Shown here: positions 50,450 to 61,124 of the stretch, piece after piece
Numbering within the stretch: position 1 is the stretch's first letter
How the letters are laid out: every line of letters starts with the position of its first letter
NCBI GenBank assembly: GCA_040222015.1
Contig: JAVJWO010000176.1
Location: 18,173-82,172 of the forward strand
Reading direction: 5' to 3'
Source: Coleofasciculus chthonoplastes F2-STO-03
Lineage (GTDB): Bacteria > Cyanobacteriota > Cyanobacteriia > Cyanobacteriales > Coleofasciculaceae
DNA length: 64,000 nt
The notes under the pieces: generated by a model
Told to the model about the DNA's origin: nothing
The model's database searches: none
What the model saw: the letters and a program-made list of their open reading frames with translations, nothing else
Position numbers and translations under genes: made by a program

Positions 50450-52135
50450 TTAATCCCTAGGTACAAATTCTAAAGCCGTTGTTTTAACAGATTCATAATT
50501 TACTTTTCCTTGCTCATTGCGGGGCAATTGTTCAACAGAAACCCAATATTTAGGCTGCTTAAACCTACTTAACTGATTGACCAGCGCGGCTTTTAAAACA
50601 TCCACCGAAATGTCCGATGCACGAGGAACGTAAACCGCTGTAACGGCTTGACCCCAATAATTATGCGGTATGCCAATCACACAGACATCACGCACTAATT
50701 GGGTGGCTAAAATAGCCGCTTCGACTTCGGCTGGGAAAATATTTTCACCTCCGCTAATGATTTTATGACTGTGCCGTCCGACAATGGTTAGATACCCCTG
50801 CTCATCAAAAAATCCCAAATCATCGGATTGCAGTGTTGGGATTTTATCAGGCGTTGCATGACTATTGGGGATTGGGGATTCGTGATGGGGGAAGTGTAGA
50901 GATGCGCCATTATTCGTCTGTAGGGGCGAGGTTTGAAAATTCGCGCCAGTGGTTGACGATAACGTTTCCTCAAAACCCGCCCTGATTGATCCTTCGCTGC
51001 GCTCAAGGACATGGTTTTTAGTTAACTCTCCATCTTGCTTATCTTCCTTATCGCCTGAAGAATAGTAACCCAAAGCCAAAGACTCTGCTGCAATCGTGAC
51101 AATTCCGATTTGATTCGTCCCCAAAAATTCCCCGGTTGTACTGCGAATGGTAACGTGGGCGTGAGGGAGAACTTGACCGCAACTATTATTCCCCGCTAAA
51201 AATGCGTCTGGTTTCAGAGTAACCACTTGAGACGCCGTTTCCGTCATTCCATAAGTTGGCGCTAAACGAATACCCTGTTGTCTCGCCTCAGTTAAGAGAG
51301 ACTCATAAGCTGGTGCACCACCTAACAAAACCGTGTGAAACTGGGATAACCAATTTGCTGCATTCGCACGGAGTAAGCGTTGTAATTGAGTTGGAACTAG
51401 GGAAATAAAAAAATCCCTTGGGTCAATCTCTCGTCCCTTCCCCGCCACCACCTCTTTAAAGGGTAGAATAACCAGTTGTCCTCCTGTGGTTAGCGATCGC
51501 AGAAATTGCATCAACCCACTCACATGATACACAGGCAAGACACAGAAGGAGTTCACTGGCTTCTGGTCAAAATACTGATAAAACCCTCGCACCGACGCCA
51601 TCAAAGTATCCCAGGTGTGCATGGCGAAGCGAATCTTACCCGAGGAACCCCCTGTAGGAATCATTATTCCAGGGTTCGTAGTAGGGTTCGTAGTAGGGTT
51701 CGTAGTAGGCACTTTAGTGCCATCACGAATCAAGCGCTGACTACAAACGCCCAATTTAGTGACACCCATTGTCGGTTCTTTATTGATTATCCCTTGTCCC
51801 TTATTTTTGACCAATGACTCTTGACAAATGCTCCTTGACAAATCTCCCCAAATTAAATTGGGTTGGACTAATGATACAACGTACTGCCATTCCTCTGGTG
51901 TCCAATTGGGATTGCCCAAAAACACTGAACAATCGGCACTAACAGCGGCGCTAAATGCAGCAAGTAATCGCCAATTATTAGATTCAGCCAGAATAATCTT
52001 AGGAACAGTTTTACATTGGAATAAGTTAGAAAATTTATCAAATAATTTCTGATTTATTTCTTGGAATTGCTTATTATCACAACCAATAGTCCAATCATTA
52101 TTTCGCTGTTTTATATCGATTAAAATAGAATTCAT
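50450..52135 (-). CDS. menE: O-succinylbenzoate-CoA ligase with repeat-derived insertions
   Basis: IPTGGSSG, YGMTET, SDDLG, IISGGEN, PRNEQGKV; adjacent to menC. Confidence 0.9.
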   Translation of the reverse strand: MNSILIDIKQRNNDWTIGCDNKQFQEINQKLFDKFSNLFQCKTVPKIILAESNNWRLLAAFSAAVSADCSVFLGNPNWTPEEWQYVVSLVQPNLIWGDLSRSICQESLVKNKGQGIINKEPTMGVTKLGVCSQRLIRDGTKVPTTNPTTNPTTNPGIMIPTGGSSGKIRFAMHTWDTLMASVRGFYQYFDQKPVNSFCVLPVYHVSGLMQFLRSLTTGGQLVILPFKEVVAGKGREIDPRDFFISLVPTQLQRLLRANAANWLSQFHTVLLGGAPAYESLLTEARQQGIRLAPTYGMTETASQVVTLKPDAFLAGNNSCGQVLPHAHVTIRSTTGEFLGTNQIGIVTIAAESLALGYYSSGDKEDKQDGELTKNHVLERSEGSIRAGFEETLSSTTGANFQTSPLQTNNGASLHFPHHESPIPNSHATPDKIPTLQSDDLGFFDEQGYLTIVGRHSHKIISGGENIFPAEVEAAILATQLVRDVCVIGIPHNYWGQAVTAVYVPRASDISVDVLKAALVNQLSRFKQPKYWVSVEQLPRNEQGKVNYESVKTTALEFVPRD

Positions 52136-52278
52136 TTCCTTAAACCCACCCCAACAAAATCTTAGGGCGGGTTTCGCACTCCAGTTAGGGAAAAAACCAA
52201 AATTAATCCCTAAACCCGCCCCTACAAATACCCTGGCGCCCTATCTCCTACCTTGCATAATTAACCTTACACCCGAGC

Positions 52279-52406
52279 TAAGTAGGTTGGTGGAAATAAA
52301 CTTAACTAGATTAAGTTATGTAAACAAGTCTCAAACCCTTACTGTTGCCTGTTGCCTGTTGCCTGTTCCCTAACCTCCACCGCTAACTTTAATGTCCACC
52401 TACTTA
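52279..52406. mobile_element. MITE with TAAGTAGGT...ACCTACTTA ends and internal TGTTGCC heptamers (half-copies near 18789, 44328, 53466)
   Basis: Terminal inverted repeats and recurrence in the window. Confidence 0.7.
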
Positions 52407-52419
52407 GGCGCTAATCAAC

Positions 52420-53433
52420 TTAGACAAACCAGTGATTAACTCCAAACCCAACTGCCCGATGGGGATGAGATAATTCTACAGCTAAATTGAGAACCGCTAT
52501 TCTTGCGATCGCACTTTCAAAGACGGAGGAGAAAACCACGTCGATATCGTGGGCTTGACAAAATTGTCGTAGTTGTGTTGGAGATCCCGCGATCGCAGCT
52601 TTAATCACAAAGATTCCTCGCCATCCCTGCTGGTAACAGGTTTTGAGTTGGTTCAACGTGGCGACAGATTCATCCAGGGCGATCGCTGTTTTATACTGAT
52701 CTTCCATTGCCCTGATCACATCAAACGCTTCTGGTGGTAAGGGTTGTTCCAGAAACTCGACAATTCCCGCCTGATCTGATACCTTTAACCACTGTTGAGC
52801 TTGATGTTGTGTAAGTCCCCCATTCGCATCTAAGCGTAATTGAGCCGATGGGGGTAAAGCTTGAACCAACTGGTCAAACCACCTCAGTTCCGACTCCATA
52901 GAGGTTACACCAATTTTCCATTTAAACGTGCGATCGCCCTGTTGCCAACCTTGCTGCCAAGAGGTTAACGCGGCTTCCCCAGTGGGCAAAAGATAACTGT
53001 ATTTCAGTGACGAATTGGGTAACAACGGACTTGTTTTTTCCGTTTCAATACGACTCTCTTCCCCATCTCCCCCATCTCCCTCATCTCCCTCATCTCCCCC
53101 ATCTCCCTCATCTCCCCCATCTCCCCCATTCCTTGCGACTAACCCATCCCACGCTGACTCAAAGCCAAACTGACAGGCGGGAAATTCAGCCGGAATCGAG
53201 AAAATATCAGTTGATGTAATCTGAGACGGCAACTGCTGACAAAAGGTTAGGGCTTGTTCTAAGGTTTCAGAACCAAACCAAGGAAGTGGGGCAATTTCTC
53301 CCCAACCCACTCGCCCCTTTTCATCCACCAGACGCAGGATAATCCCCTCCCGTACTTTCCAGATGCCATGATGAGTAGTGAGGGGATGTCGAAATTGGCG
53401 CTGGTAAGGATGAAACTCAAAACAATAAGTCAC
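52420..53433 (-). CDS. menC: o-Succinylbenzoate synthase
   Basis: GWGEIAPLP, FKWKIG, RLDANGG, LEQP, ALDES. Confidence 0.92.
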   Translation of the reverse strand: MTYCFEFHPYQRQFRHPLTTHHGIWKVREGIILRLVDEKGRVGWGEIAPLPWFGSETLEQALTFCQQLPSQITSTDIFSIPAEFPACQFGFESAWDGLVARNGGDGGDEGDGGDEGDEGDGGDGEESRIETEKTSPLLPNSSLKYSYLLPTGEAALTSWQQGWQQGDRTFKWKIGVTSMESELRWFDQLVQALPPSAQLRLDANGGLTQHQAQQWLKVSDQAGIVEFLEQPLPPEAFDVIRAMEDQYKTAIALDESVATLNQLKTCYQQGWRGIFVIKAAIAGSPTQLRQFCQAHDIDVVFSSVFESAIARIAVLNLAVELSHPHRAVGFGVNHWFV

Positions 53434-53565
53434 CGGAAACCTGTTTAATAGTTGGTAAAGGTTTGTAAGTAGGTCGGTGGAAATAAACTGAACTATGTTA
53501 AGTTCTGTGAATGCTCCTCAAACCCTTACATAAACGAATGACGAATGACGAATGACGAATGACGA

Positions 53566-54711
53566 ATGACGAACTTATGGGAAGTTTCCGGCGGATTAAC
53601 CGAACGCGCTTGGGTAGAAATCGATCGCGCGGCACTTGCCCACAACCTAAACCAATTAAAACAGCTTTTGTCTGCCAAAACCCAACTCATGGCGGTGGTG
53701 AAAGCAGACGCCTACGGACATGGTGCCACAATGGTTGCCCAAACCACACTCGCCACAGGTGCTTATGGATTATGTGTCGCCACAGTAGAAGAAGGTATTC
53801 AACTGCGAGAAGCCGGAATTGACGCGCCCATCGTGATTTTAGGCGCAACCAACACCCCGGAACAAGTGCGTGCGATCGCGCATTGGTATTTACAACCCAC
53901 TATCTGTACACCCCAACAGGCTTTAGTCTTTTCTGATACCCTAAGTCGTTGTCAAACACCCTTATCGGTTCATCTCAACATCGATACAGGGATGTCTCGC
54001 TTGGGAATGTCTTGGCAACAAGCCACAGAGTTTGTGCAATTAGTCCAGCGATTACCCCATTTAAAACTAGCCAGTGTCTATTCCCATTTAGCCACAGCAG
54101 ATAGTCCAGATCCCACCGTGATGAGACTACAGCATCAGCGGTTTGAAGCGGCTATTGCCCAACTTCACGCGGCGAATATCGTCCCACCCTGCTTACACTT
54201 AGCTAACTCCGCCGCCACGTTAACTGACCCCGCTTTGCATTACGATTGGGTTCGAGTCGGATTAGCGATTTATGGACTCTATCCCGCACCACATTTACAC
54301 CCAAAAGTCAACCTAAAACCCGTCATGCAAGTCAAAACGCGGGTCACTCAAGTGAAAACAATACCGGCGGGGATGGGGGTGAGTTATGGATATACATTCA
54401 GGACACAAAAACAGCTACGTCTAGCGGTAGTGGGTATCGGTTACGCCGATGGCGTTCCCCGGAATCTCTCGAATAAAATGACCGGATTAATTCGGGGTCA
54501 AAGGGTGTCCCAAATTGGGGCGATTACCATGGATCAACTGATGTTTGATGTGAGTAATATTTCCGATTTACAGGTTGGTGAAATCGTCACCCTAATTGGA
54601 CGAGACGGGGACAGGCAAATCTCTGCGGATGACTGGGCGATATCGTTAAACACAATATCCTGGGAAATCCTTTGTGGCTTTAAGCACCGACTCCCGCGTG
54701 TGGTGGTTTAA
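53566..54711 (+). CDS. alr: Alanine racemase
   Basis: AVVKADAYGHG, DTGMSRLG, GYADG, ITMDQ. Confidence 0.97.
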   Translation: MTNLWEVSGGLTERAWVEIDRAALAHNLNQLKQLLSAKTQLMAVVKADAYGHGATMVAQTTLATGAYGLCVATVEEGIQLREAGIDAPIVILGATNTPEQVRAIAHWYLQPTICTPQQALVFSDTLSRCQTPLSVHLNIDTGMSRLGMSWQQATEFVQLVQRLPHLKLASVYSHLATADSPDPTVMRLQHQRFEAAIAQLHAANIVPPCLHLANSAATLTDPALHYDWVRVGLAIYGLYPAPHLHPKVNLKPVMQVKTRVTQVKTIPAGMGVSYGYTFRTQKQLRLAVVGIGYADGVPRNLSNKMTGLIRGQRVSQIGAITMDQLMFDVSNISDLQVGEIVTLIGRDGDRQISADDWAISLNTISWEILCGFKHRLPRVVV

Positions 54712-54769
54712 AAAGACGGGTCTTCCGTAGTTAGTGTGCTAAATTGTTAGTTTGATTTGCCGGAATAAT

Positions 54770-55162
54770 TCATCTAAAAACGGACTTTTTCATGCTAAAA
54801 GCTGCTAACCCAGCTACTGCACCAGTACCCACAAATGCAGCTAAACCAACCGGATAAGCTCCTCCTGCAATAGCCAAACCTGCTGCTCCGGTTTGATGGT
54901 ACACAGTTCCACCAGCAACTGCACCAACTGTTGCAAAGGTGGCAGCTTCTTTTAGGTTTTTTGCGGCTTCCTTTGTCGCACCATGAACTGCCAGTCCAGC
55001 CACTGCACCAGCACCCGTAAATGCAGCTAAACCAACCGGATAAGCTCCTCCTGCAATTGCTAAACCTGCTGCTCCGGTTTGGTGATAGGCAACTGCACCA
55101 ACAACCGCACCAACTGCTGCACAAGTTGCGGATTCTTTAGCATTGTCGATAGCTTCTAGCAA
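54770..55162 (-). CDS. Gly/Ala-rich glycine-zipper protein with internal duplication
   Basis: GAGGAG RBS before TTG; two related units 186 bp apart. Confidence 0.7.
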   Translation of the reverse strand: MLEAIDNAKESATCAAVGAVVGAVAYHQTGAAGLAIAGGAYPVGLAAFTGAGAVAGLAVHGATKEAAKNLKEAATFATVGAVAGGTVYHQTGAAGLAIAGGAYPVGLAAFVGTGAVAGLAAFSMKKSVFR

Positions 55163-55435
55163 TTTCGGTTCTCCTCAATATTTTGTCATTATCAAAGCTA
55201 TATTTAGTATCTGTTGTAAGAAGGGTTAACGCCATAAAGCTGAGATAAATATGAGTAAAGATTCTGTGAACCTAAATTGGCTTATGCCTTCGACAACGCA
55301 ACAAATACTTATATAGCATCCGCCAAATAGCGCAATAGTCTTAGCAGCTATTGCTGAGGTAATCACTCACCTGAATCAGCTAGTTTAGAGGTGAAAAGAC
55401 CCAGAAAGCGAAAACTATAACAAAGGAGTAATCAA

Positions 55436-55771
55436 ATGGACGAAGCTGTTAGAAAAATTGCGGCACTAGGATTCCCAGGAATTATTCTCCTGATTGCAAT
55501 GGCTACCACGGGTTTTACAGGAGCAGCGGCAATCACAGCCGCCTTAGCAATGCTCGGACCAGGAGGAATGATTGGAGGCATCATGTTCCTTGGAGTCATA
55601 GGTATAGCTACCGATGCCTTATCTAAGTTTGGGCTGGAAGCTTTACTGGTGGGCGTATATCAAGATCGTCAGGAAAAGGGAGAAACCTTAGAGGCTCTTA
55701 CAAAGGAGATTAGTGGACTATTTATTTCTGATGACTTGAAGCGCAAACTAAAAGAAGAGCTTGGCTGTTAA
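55436..55771 (+). CDS. Small glycine-zipper membrane protein
   Basis: AAGGAG RBS; TGFTGAAAITAALAMLGPGGMIGG hydrophobic segment. Confidence 0.75.
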   Translation: MDEAVRKIAALGFPGIILLIAMATTGFTGAAAITAALAMLGPGGMIGGIMFLGVIGIATDALSKFGLEALLVGVYQDRQEKGETLEALTKEISGLFISDDLKRKLKEELGC

Positions 55772-56078
55772 GCAGGCGACTTAAGACGAATGGCACGCTC
55801 CTCATATTCTGGTGGGCAATGCCCACCCTACGGAATATCAATGGTTTTGGCGATCCGAAAATGCTTATTTAACTGCCACCGGATCGGGAAAAACATAACG
55901 CCTCCCTATCCCATCAAAAACACACCTCAAACCTCCAACCGATCATCGGCATTGTCATCAAAATATGATATTGGCTAGTGGCAGAGCGCATTGGCAAAAT
56001 AATCCTTATCATTAAAGAGACGTATTAACAAAACTCAGCATTCAGGCATCGCAACGCCTATCGGTATTAAAAACATCT

Positions 56079-58580
56079 ATGCAAATTTCTCCCGAAAAAG
56101 CAGTCGATATCCCCACCCCAACCATTGAGCAAATGACGCTAGATGTTGGGGGAATGAAATGTGCAGGCTGTGTCAGTGCAGTAGAACGACAGCTAGAACA
56201 GCAACCCGGAGTTATTTCCGCCCAGGTCAACTTGGTTACAGAAGTGGCTGTGGTTGAGTATGAAGTCGGTCAGGTTGCTCCCGCCACCCTAGCGGAAAAA
56301 TTAACCGCAACTGGGTTTCCTTCCCAACCCCGTTACTCCCAAGCAGGAGAAACCTCAGAAGAACGCCTCACCCCGACTCAACGCCATGAACAAGAGGCAA
56401 GGGAACAACTGCGGCAATTAATAATTGCTAGTGTCCTAGTTATTCTCTCGACCATTGGACATATCGGTCATTGGTTGCATGGACCCATGCTACCCGTGTT
56501 TAGCACCATCTGGTTTCACTGGGGATTGGCAACCTTAGCCCTGGTAGGACCTGGGCGTCCAATTATCAGCGATGGCTGGCGGGGATTGCGGCATCAAACC
56601 CCGAATATGAATACCTTGGTAGGACTAGGAACCTTGGTGGCTTATGGGGCTAGCTGTGCCGCATTATTATTTCCTCAATTGGGCTGGGAATGCTTCTTTG
56701 ATGAACCCGTGATGTTACTCGGCTTTATCCTGCTAGGACGTACCTTGGAACAACGGGCAAGGCGTCAGGCATCAGCCGCTTATGAATCATTATTGGCACT
56801 GACACCTAAGGTAGCCCGGTTAATTGGTAAATCCGCCCCCACAGCCACAGAACTGGGGATCGAGATTCCCGTGGAACAAGTTCGCTTGGGCGAGTGGTTG
56901 CGCGTTTTACCGGGAGAAAAAATACCCGTTGATGGCGAAGTGAAGGCGGGTCAATCGTCGGTGGATGAGTCAATGTTGACGGGGGAACCTTTACCTGTTC
57001 TCAAGCAACCCGGTGATCCGGTTACGGCGGGAACCTTAAATCAATCCGGTGCGATCGCAATTCAAGCCACACGCATTGGACAGGAAACCACATTAGCGCA
57101 AATTGTCGCCCTGGTGGAAGAAGCGCAAACCCGGAAAGCCCCGGTGCAGAATTTAGCCGATAAAGTCGCCGGTTATTTTACGTATGGGGTATTGACAATC
57201 GCCACCTTTACCTTCCTATTTTGGGAGCTGGTGGGGACAAAAATCTGGACTCAGGTTCTAGGGGAAGGAGATTCCCTGATGGGTGATTCAACCTCACCCT
57301 TACTCTTGAGCTTAAAATTAGCGATCGCGGTATTAGTGATTGCCTGTCCCTGTGCCTTGGGATTGGCAACCCCAACAGCGATTCTAGTCGGCACTAGCTT
57401 AGGGGCAGAACGGGGCTTACTGATTAAGGGGGGTGACATCTTAGAACGAGTCCATCAACTTGATACCATCGTCTTTGACAAAACAGGTACTTTGACCCAA
57501 GGAAAACCCACTGTAACCGATTGTCTGTCTGTTGAGAAATGGGCAGAGGAGGAAGATGGGGAGTACAGCTCGGTCAGGGCGGGTTTTGAACAAAGCTTAT
57601 CCTCAATAGCTGGCGCGAATTTCCTAAACCCGCCCCTACAGACGCATAATGGCATATCTGGTCGCTCAAAACTCCTTCAACTTGCCGCATCAGCCGAAAG
57701 AGGCACCACTCATCCCCTCGGAGAAGCGATTTGTACAGCAGCAGCCCAACAAGAGTTACCTCTATTAGCCGCTAAGGATTTTTATACCGAAGCTGGATTA
57801 GGAATATCTGCCCTAGTGGACAATCAACCGGTATTACTGGGGAATGAAGATTGGTTACGTCAGCAAGGCGTGACTCTTAGTGATACCGCCCAAGCCCAAG
57901 CCCAAACCTTAGCGGCTGTGGGTAAAACCGTGGTGTATTTAGCCGTAGATGGAGAATTGGCTGGACTCATTGCCCTAACTGATTTACCCAAACCCGATGC
58001 CAAAACCACCGTAGAACAGCTACAGGCGATGGGACTGCGCGTGATGCTGCTAACCGGGGATCAACCGGATGCTGCCGCAGGTATAGCACAACACCTTGCC
58101 ATTGATCCAGCCAACGTTATGGCAGGTATCCGTCCCGATGGCAAAGCCGCCGCGATCGCACAATTGCAAGCCCCGGGAAACTGCATCGCCATGGTTGGAG
58201 ATGGAATTAACGATGGTCCAGCCTTAGCCCAAGCGGATGTTGGTATCGCCCTGCAAGCGGGAACAGACGTTGCCCGGGAAACAGCGGGAATTATTCTCAT
58301 GCAACCTAGCACGACCCGTCCCCAAGCTGGCGGTTTGCTGGATATTGTCAAAGCGATTAAACTGTCTCGCGCTACATTTAACAAAATTCGCCAAAATCTC
58401 TTCTGGGCGTTGGGATATAACACGTTGGGTATTCCCGTAGCGGCTGGCATACTGTTACCCGGATTTGGTATCGCTCTCAATCCGGCTGTAGCTGGCGCAT
58501 TGATGGCATTTAGTTCCGTGACTGTAGTTAGCAACTCTCTGCTATTGCGTCGAGGTTGGAACTCTGACAACGGGGTGTAG
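56079..58580 (+). CDS. Cu(I)-type P1B ATPase (cyanobacterial CtaA-like)
   Basis: GMKCAGC HMA domain, TGEP, CPCALG, DKTGT, HP, GDGIND, YN and MAFSS. Confidence 0.93.
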   Translation: MQISPEKAVDIPTPTIEQMTLDVGGMKCAGCVSAVERQLEQQPGVISAQVNLVTEVAVVEYEVGQVAPATLAEKLTATGFPSQPRYSQAGETSEERLTPTQRHEQEAREQLRQLIIASVLVILSTIGHIGHWLHGPMLPVFSTIWFHWGLATLALVGPGRPIISDGWRGLRHQTPNMNTLVGLGTLVAYGASCAALLFPQLGWECFFDEPVMLLGFILLGRTLEQRARRQASAAYESLLALTPKVARLIGKSAPTATELGIEIPVEQVRLGEWLRVLPGEKIPVDGEVKAGQSSVDESMLTGEPLPVLKQPGDPVTAGTLNQSGAIAIQATRIGQETTLAQIVALVEEAQTRKAPVQNLADKVAGYFTYGVLTIATFTFLFWELVGTKIWTQVLGEGDSLMGDSTSPLLLSLKLAIAVLVIACPCALGLATPTAILVGTSLGAERGLLIKGGDILERVHQLDTIVFDKTGTLTQGKPTVTDCLSVEKWAEEEDGEYSSVRAGFEQSLSSIAGANFLNPPLQTHNGISGRSKLLQLAASAERGTTHPLGEAICTAAAQQELPLLAAKDFYTEAGLGISALVDNQPVLLGNEDWLRQQGVTLSDTAQAQAQTLAAVGKTVVYLAVDGELAGLIALTDLPKPDAKTTVEQLQAMGLRVMLLTGDQPDAAAGIAQHLAIDPANVMAGIRPDGKAAAIAQLQAPGNCIAMVGDGINDGPALAQADVGIALQAGTDVARETAGIILMQPSTTRPQAGGLLDIVKAIKLSRATFNKIRQNLFWALGYNTLGIPVAAGILLPGFGIALNPAVAGALMAFSSVTVVSNSLLLRRGWNSDNGV

Positions 58581-58899
58581 AGTGTGGGGTTTGGGGTATC
58601 GGCAAAATACTCATCCCGCATTATCAGGCGAGACTGGGAAAATTCACACCCGTTCGTTCAAGGGGTCCTAACCTTTATGTAGTAGAATACAAAGTAATGG
58701 TGGTGTCTGGATGATTCTTTTCAAGTCTCGCTTACCAAGCGACGAAGGCTGGTAAATCTTAGGTTATCACCCGCTTTCCTCCCCGCCCATGTTAAGCATG
58801 GACTTTCTTCGGAGCAGGACAAAGTCCGGTATCCAGCGGGAAAGTAGGGTTAAAGTGATAACCAAATTGAGAAAGTTTTATCGGTACGAATTTACAGCC

Positions 58900-59063
58900 T
58901 ACTTGTGGTATCTTCTAAACCGGGAGTGTAACGCAGCTATTAAGATCACCAGAGAGGAGTTATTACATATTCCTCACTATAAAATCCGGAAACGCCGCCA
59001 ATTAGCGGTATCCCAAAGGAAGCTTACAGGCTCTCCCCTAGGGTCAGTGTAAAAAAATGTCAC
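58900..59063 (+). mobile_element. Decayed tnpB 3' end plus IS605 right end
   Basis: NRECNAAIKI resembles TnpB DRDxNAAxNI; followed by GGAAGCTTAC..GGGTCAGTGT..ATGTCAC; homologous to 63736-63835. Confidence 0.6.
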
Positions 59064-59269
59064 AAAATTGTAACATTAGAGTCTGTGCCATGATCTGCAT
59101 TAATGCTTATGATGATTGAATGGGGAAAGACCAAGTTGAAGGTCGGCAATTCGGTCATTTCTTCTTAATACGTTAAGGAAAGATGATTAAGCAGTTTGCT
59201 AATCTAAGAAAGCATAGACACAGCGACAGTGAATTTACGGCACTGTCTATCCCTATTTTTCGATGTTCA

Positions 59270-59704
59270 ATGCCTGCAAAATCCAATCAAAACCATCTGT
59301 TAATTATTGAAGACGAAAAAGGGCGCAAGGAATATACCTTGGAGGAACCCGTCTATTCTATAGGCAGAGATCCGGATGTGGATATTCGTTTGTTCTCACA
59401 ATTTGTATCTCGCCGACATGCCACCTTAGTGCGGCGAGAACGGGAGGACGGCGGTTTCTACTACCGCATTGTCGATGGTAACCTCAAAGGTAAGTCCAGC
59501 GCCAACGGACTCGTAATTAACGGTCGTAAACTTCAAGCTCACGATCTTGAAGATGAGGACGAAGTCGTCTTCGGTCCTCAAGTTAGTGCCAAATACTACA
59601 TACTCAAGCGCGACTCTGTTCCCACTGGACCTCCCGATGAGTTTGACATCACCCTGATTAGCCCAAATATGATGGGGGGAGATCCAGATGACTGGACACC
59701 CTGA
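59270..59704 (+). CDS. FHA domain protein
   Basis: SIGRD, VSRRHA, SANG. Confidence 0.9.
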   Translation: MPAKSNQNHLLIIEDEKGRKEYTLEEPVYSIGRDPDVDIRLFSQFVSRRHATLVRREREDGGFYYRIVDGNLKGKSSANGLVINGRKLQAHDLEDEDEVVFGPQVSAKYYILKRDSVPTGPPDEFDITLISPNMMGGDPDDWTP

Positions 59705-59755
59705 TTATTAGCCCAACTATGATCAGGGAAATCCAGAGGATTGAACCAGAGGATG

Positions 59756-60103
59756 TCAACCAGCAACACTTTCTAAGAGTTGCCAATGGCGGTTTTGGGC
59801 AACCGCCTCTTGAACTTCATAAAACTTATCGTGGCAGTGATTGTCTACCTGTAAGGGCAACTCTTCATTTTTGATCACGAAATTCATGCGAATTTCCTGA
59901 TCGGTAGCCATCGATTTGTCAATCAAGACTTCCACTGTCACGAGTTTGGCAAAGGCAACATGACCAGGGATTTCCCGTGCCATGATATAGTCTCCCGTGT
60001 CATAGATAATGTCGAAATCGCAGGATTGTAAAACCTCAATCAACGATGGCTGAAGGTGATCGGGAGAAACTGCAACCGTAAATGAACAAGTGTAGCGAGC
60101 CAT
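59756..60103 (-). CDS. Conserved cyanobacterial hypothetical protein
   Basis: MARYTCS..DYIMARE..KLVTVEVLID..KNEELPL. Confidence 0.75.
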   Translation of the reverse strand: MARYTCSFTVAVSPDHLQPSLIEVLQSCDFDIIYDTGDYIMAREIPGHVAFAKLVTVEVLIDKSMATDQEIRMNFVIKNEELPLQVDNHCHDKFYEVQEAVAQNRHWQLLESVAG

Positions 60104-60455
60104 ATTTAACCCTTGGCGTCAGATAGCTAGATCATTACATAAGATCTATCCAAAGCTACCCACAAGTGGGTATCTGGAGGTACTTACTTCCTGCTTCACT
60201 CTGGCTGTGACAGCACTGAACCAGTCCACAGGCTAACACCACCTGTATGGGCTTGGTTACCAAGCTCCTATGGCGGCTATATACGAGTTACCTACCTAGC
60301 GGCTTGGGCTGGATAGGTATACCAATAAAGTATACATACTCTTGACGGTAGATTCCATCGGGACAAACATCTGCCCATCTTTCCCCTTATTCAAGCAGAT
60401 GATTTTGGGTAACAATGGGGAGAGATGTAATCAGATGAGGCGTGGATAAGGGGAA

Positions 60456-61121
60456 ATGCTGATTGTGTTTGAGGGAGTCGAAGGCAGTGGCAAAACCACC
60501 CAAATTCAGCGATCGCGCGATTGGTTCCTCAGCAGTGGTGTACTAGACAAACTGGACAATTACCGCAAACCGCCACCTGTGATCATCACCCGAGAACCCG
60601 GAGGAACCCCCTTAGGCATAAACCTGCGTCAACTTTTGCTCCAAGAACAGTCCTCATCCCTACAACACCGCACCGAACTCCTCCTCTACGCCGCTGATCG
60701 ATCGCAGCATGTTGAAGAATTGTTACAGCCTCAGCTTAATGCCGGGGCGATTATTTTGTGCGATCGCTACACCGACTCGACGATTGCCTATCAGGGGTAT
60801 GGACGAGGGATTGACCTAGCCCTGATTGAGCAAATCAACCACATCGCCACAGGAGGACTAGAAAGCGATTTGACCTTATGGTTAGATGTTGATGTCACAA
60901 TTGGCTTACAGCGAGCTAGAGAACGGGGAGTCGCCGATCGCATGGAACAAGCGGAGTTAACCTTTCACCAGCGAGTACAACAAGGTTTTGCCCAATTAGC
61001 CTCCCAGTATCCCCAGCGAATTGTCAGGATTGACGCCAATCAAAGCCCTGACGCCGTGCAACTAGACATTCAGACGGTTTTGCGTCAACGAATTCGGCAG
61101 AAGTATGTCATAGATGTTTGA
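60456..61121 (+). CDS. tmk: Thymidylate kinase
   Basis: FEGVEGSGKTTQ, TREPGG, CDRYTDSTIAYQG. Confidence 0.96.
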   Translation: MLIVFEGVEGSGKTTQIQRSRDWFLSSGVLDKLDNYRKPPPVIITREPGGTPLGINLRQLLLQEQSSSLQHRTELLLYAADRSQHVEELLQPQLNAGAIILCDRYTDSTIAYQGYGRGIDLALIEQINHIATGGLESDLTLWLDVDVTIGLQRARERGVADRMEQAELTFHQRVQQGFAQLASQYPQRIVRIDANQSPDAVQLDIQTVLRQRIRQKYVIDV

Positions 61122-61124
61122 CAA

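Noticed and set aside
58760..58866. 6S RNA
   Set aside because: Rod-like but only about 105 nt, and no 6S sequence motif that I can recognise
58789..59052. 87-aa ORF as a real gene
   Set aside because: Spans hairpin and IS-relic sequence; only a short TnpB-like motif is meaningful
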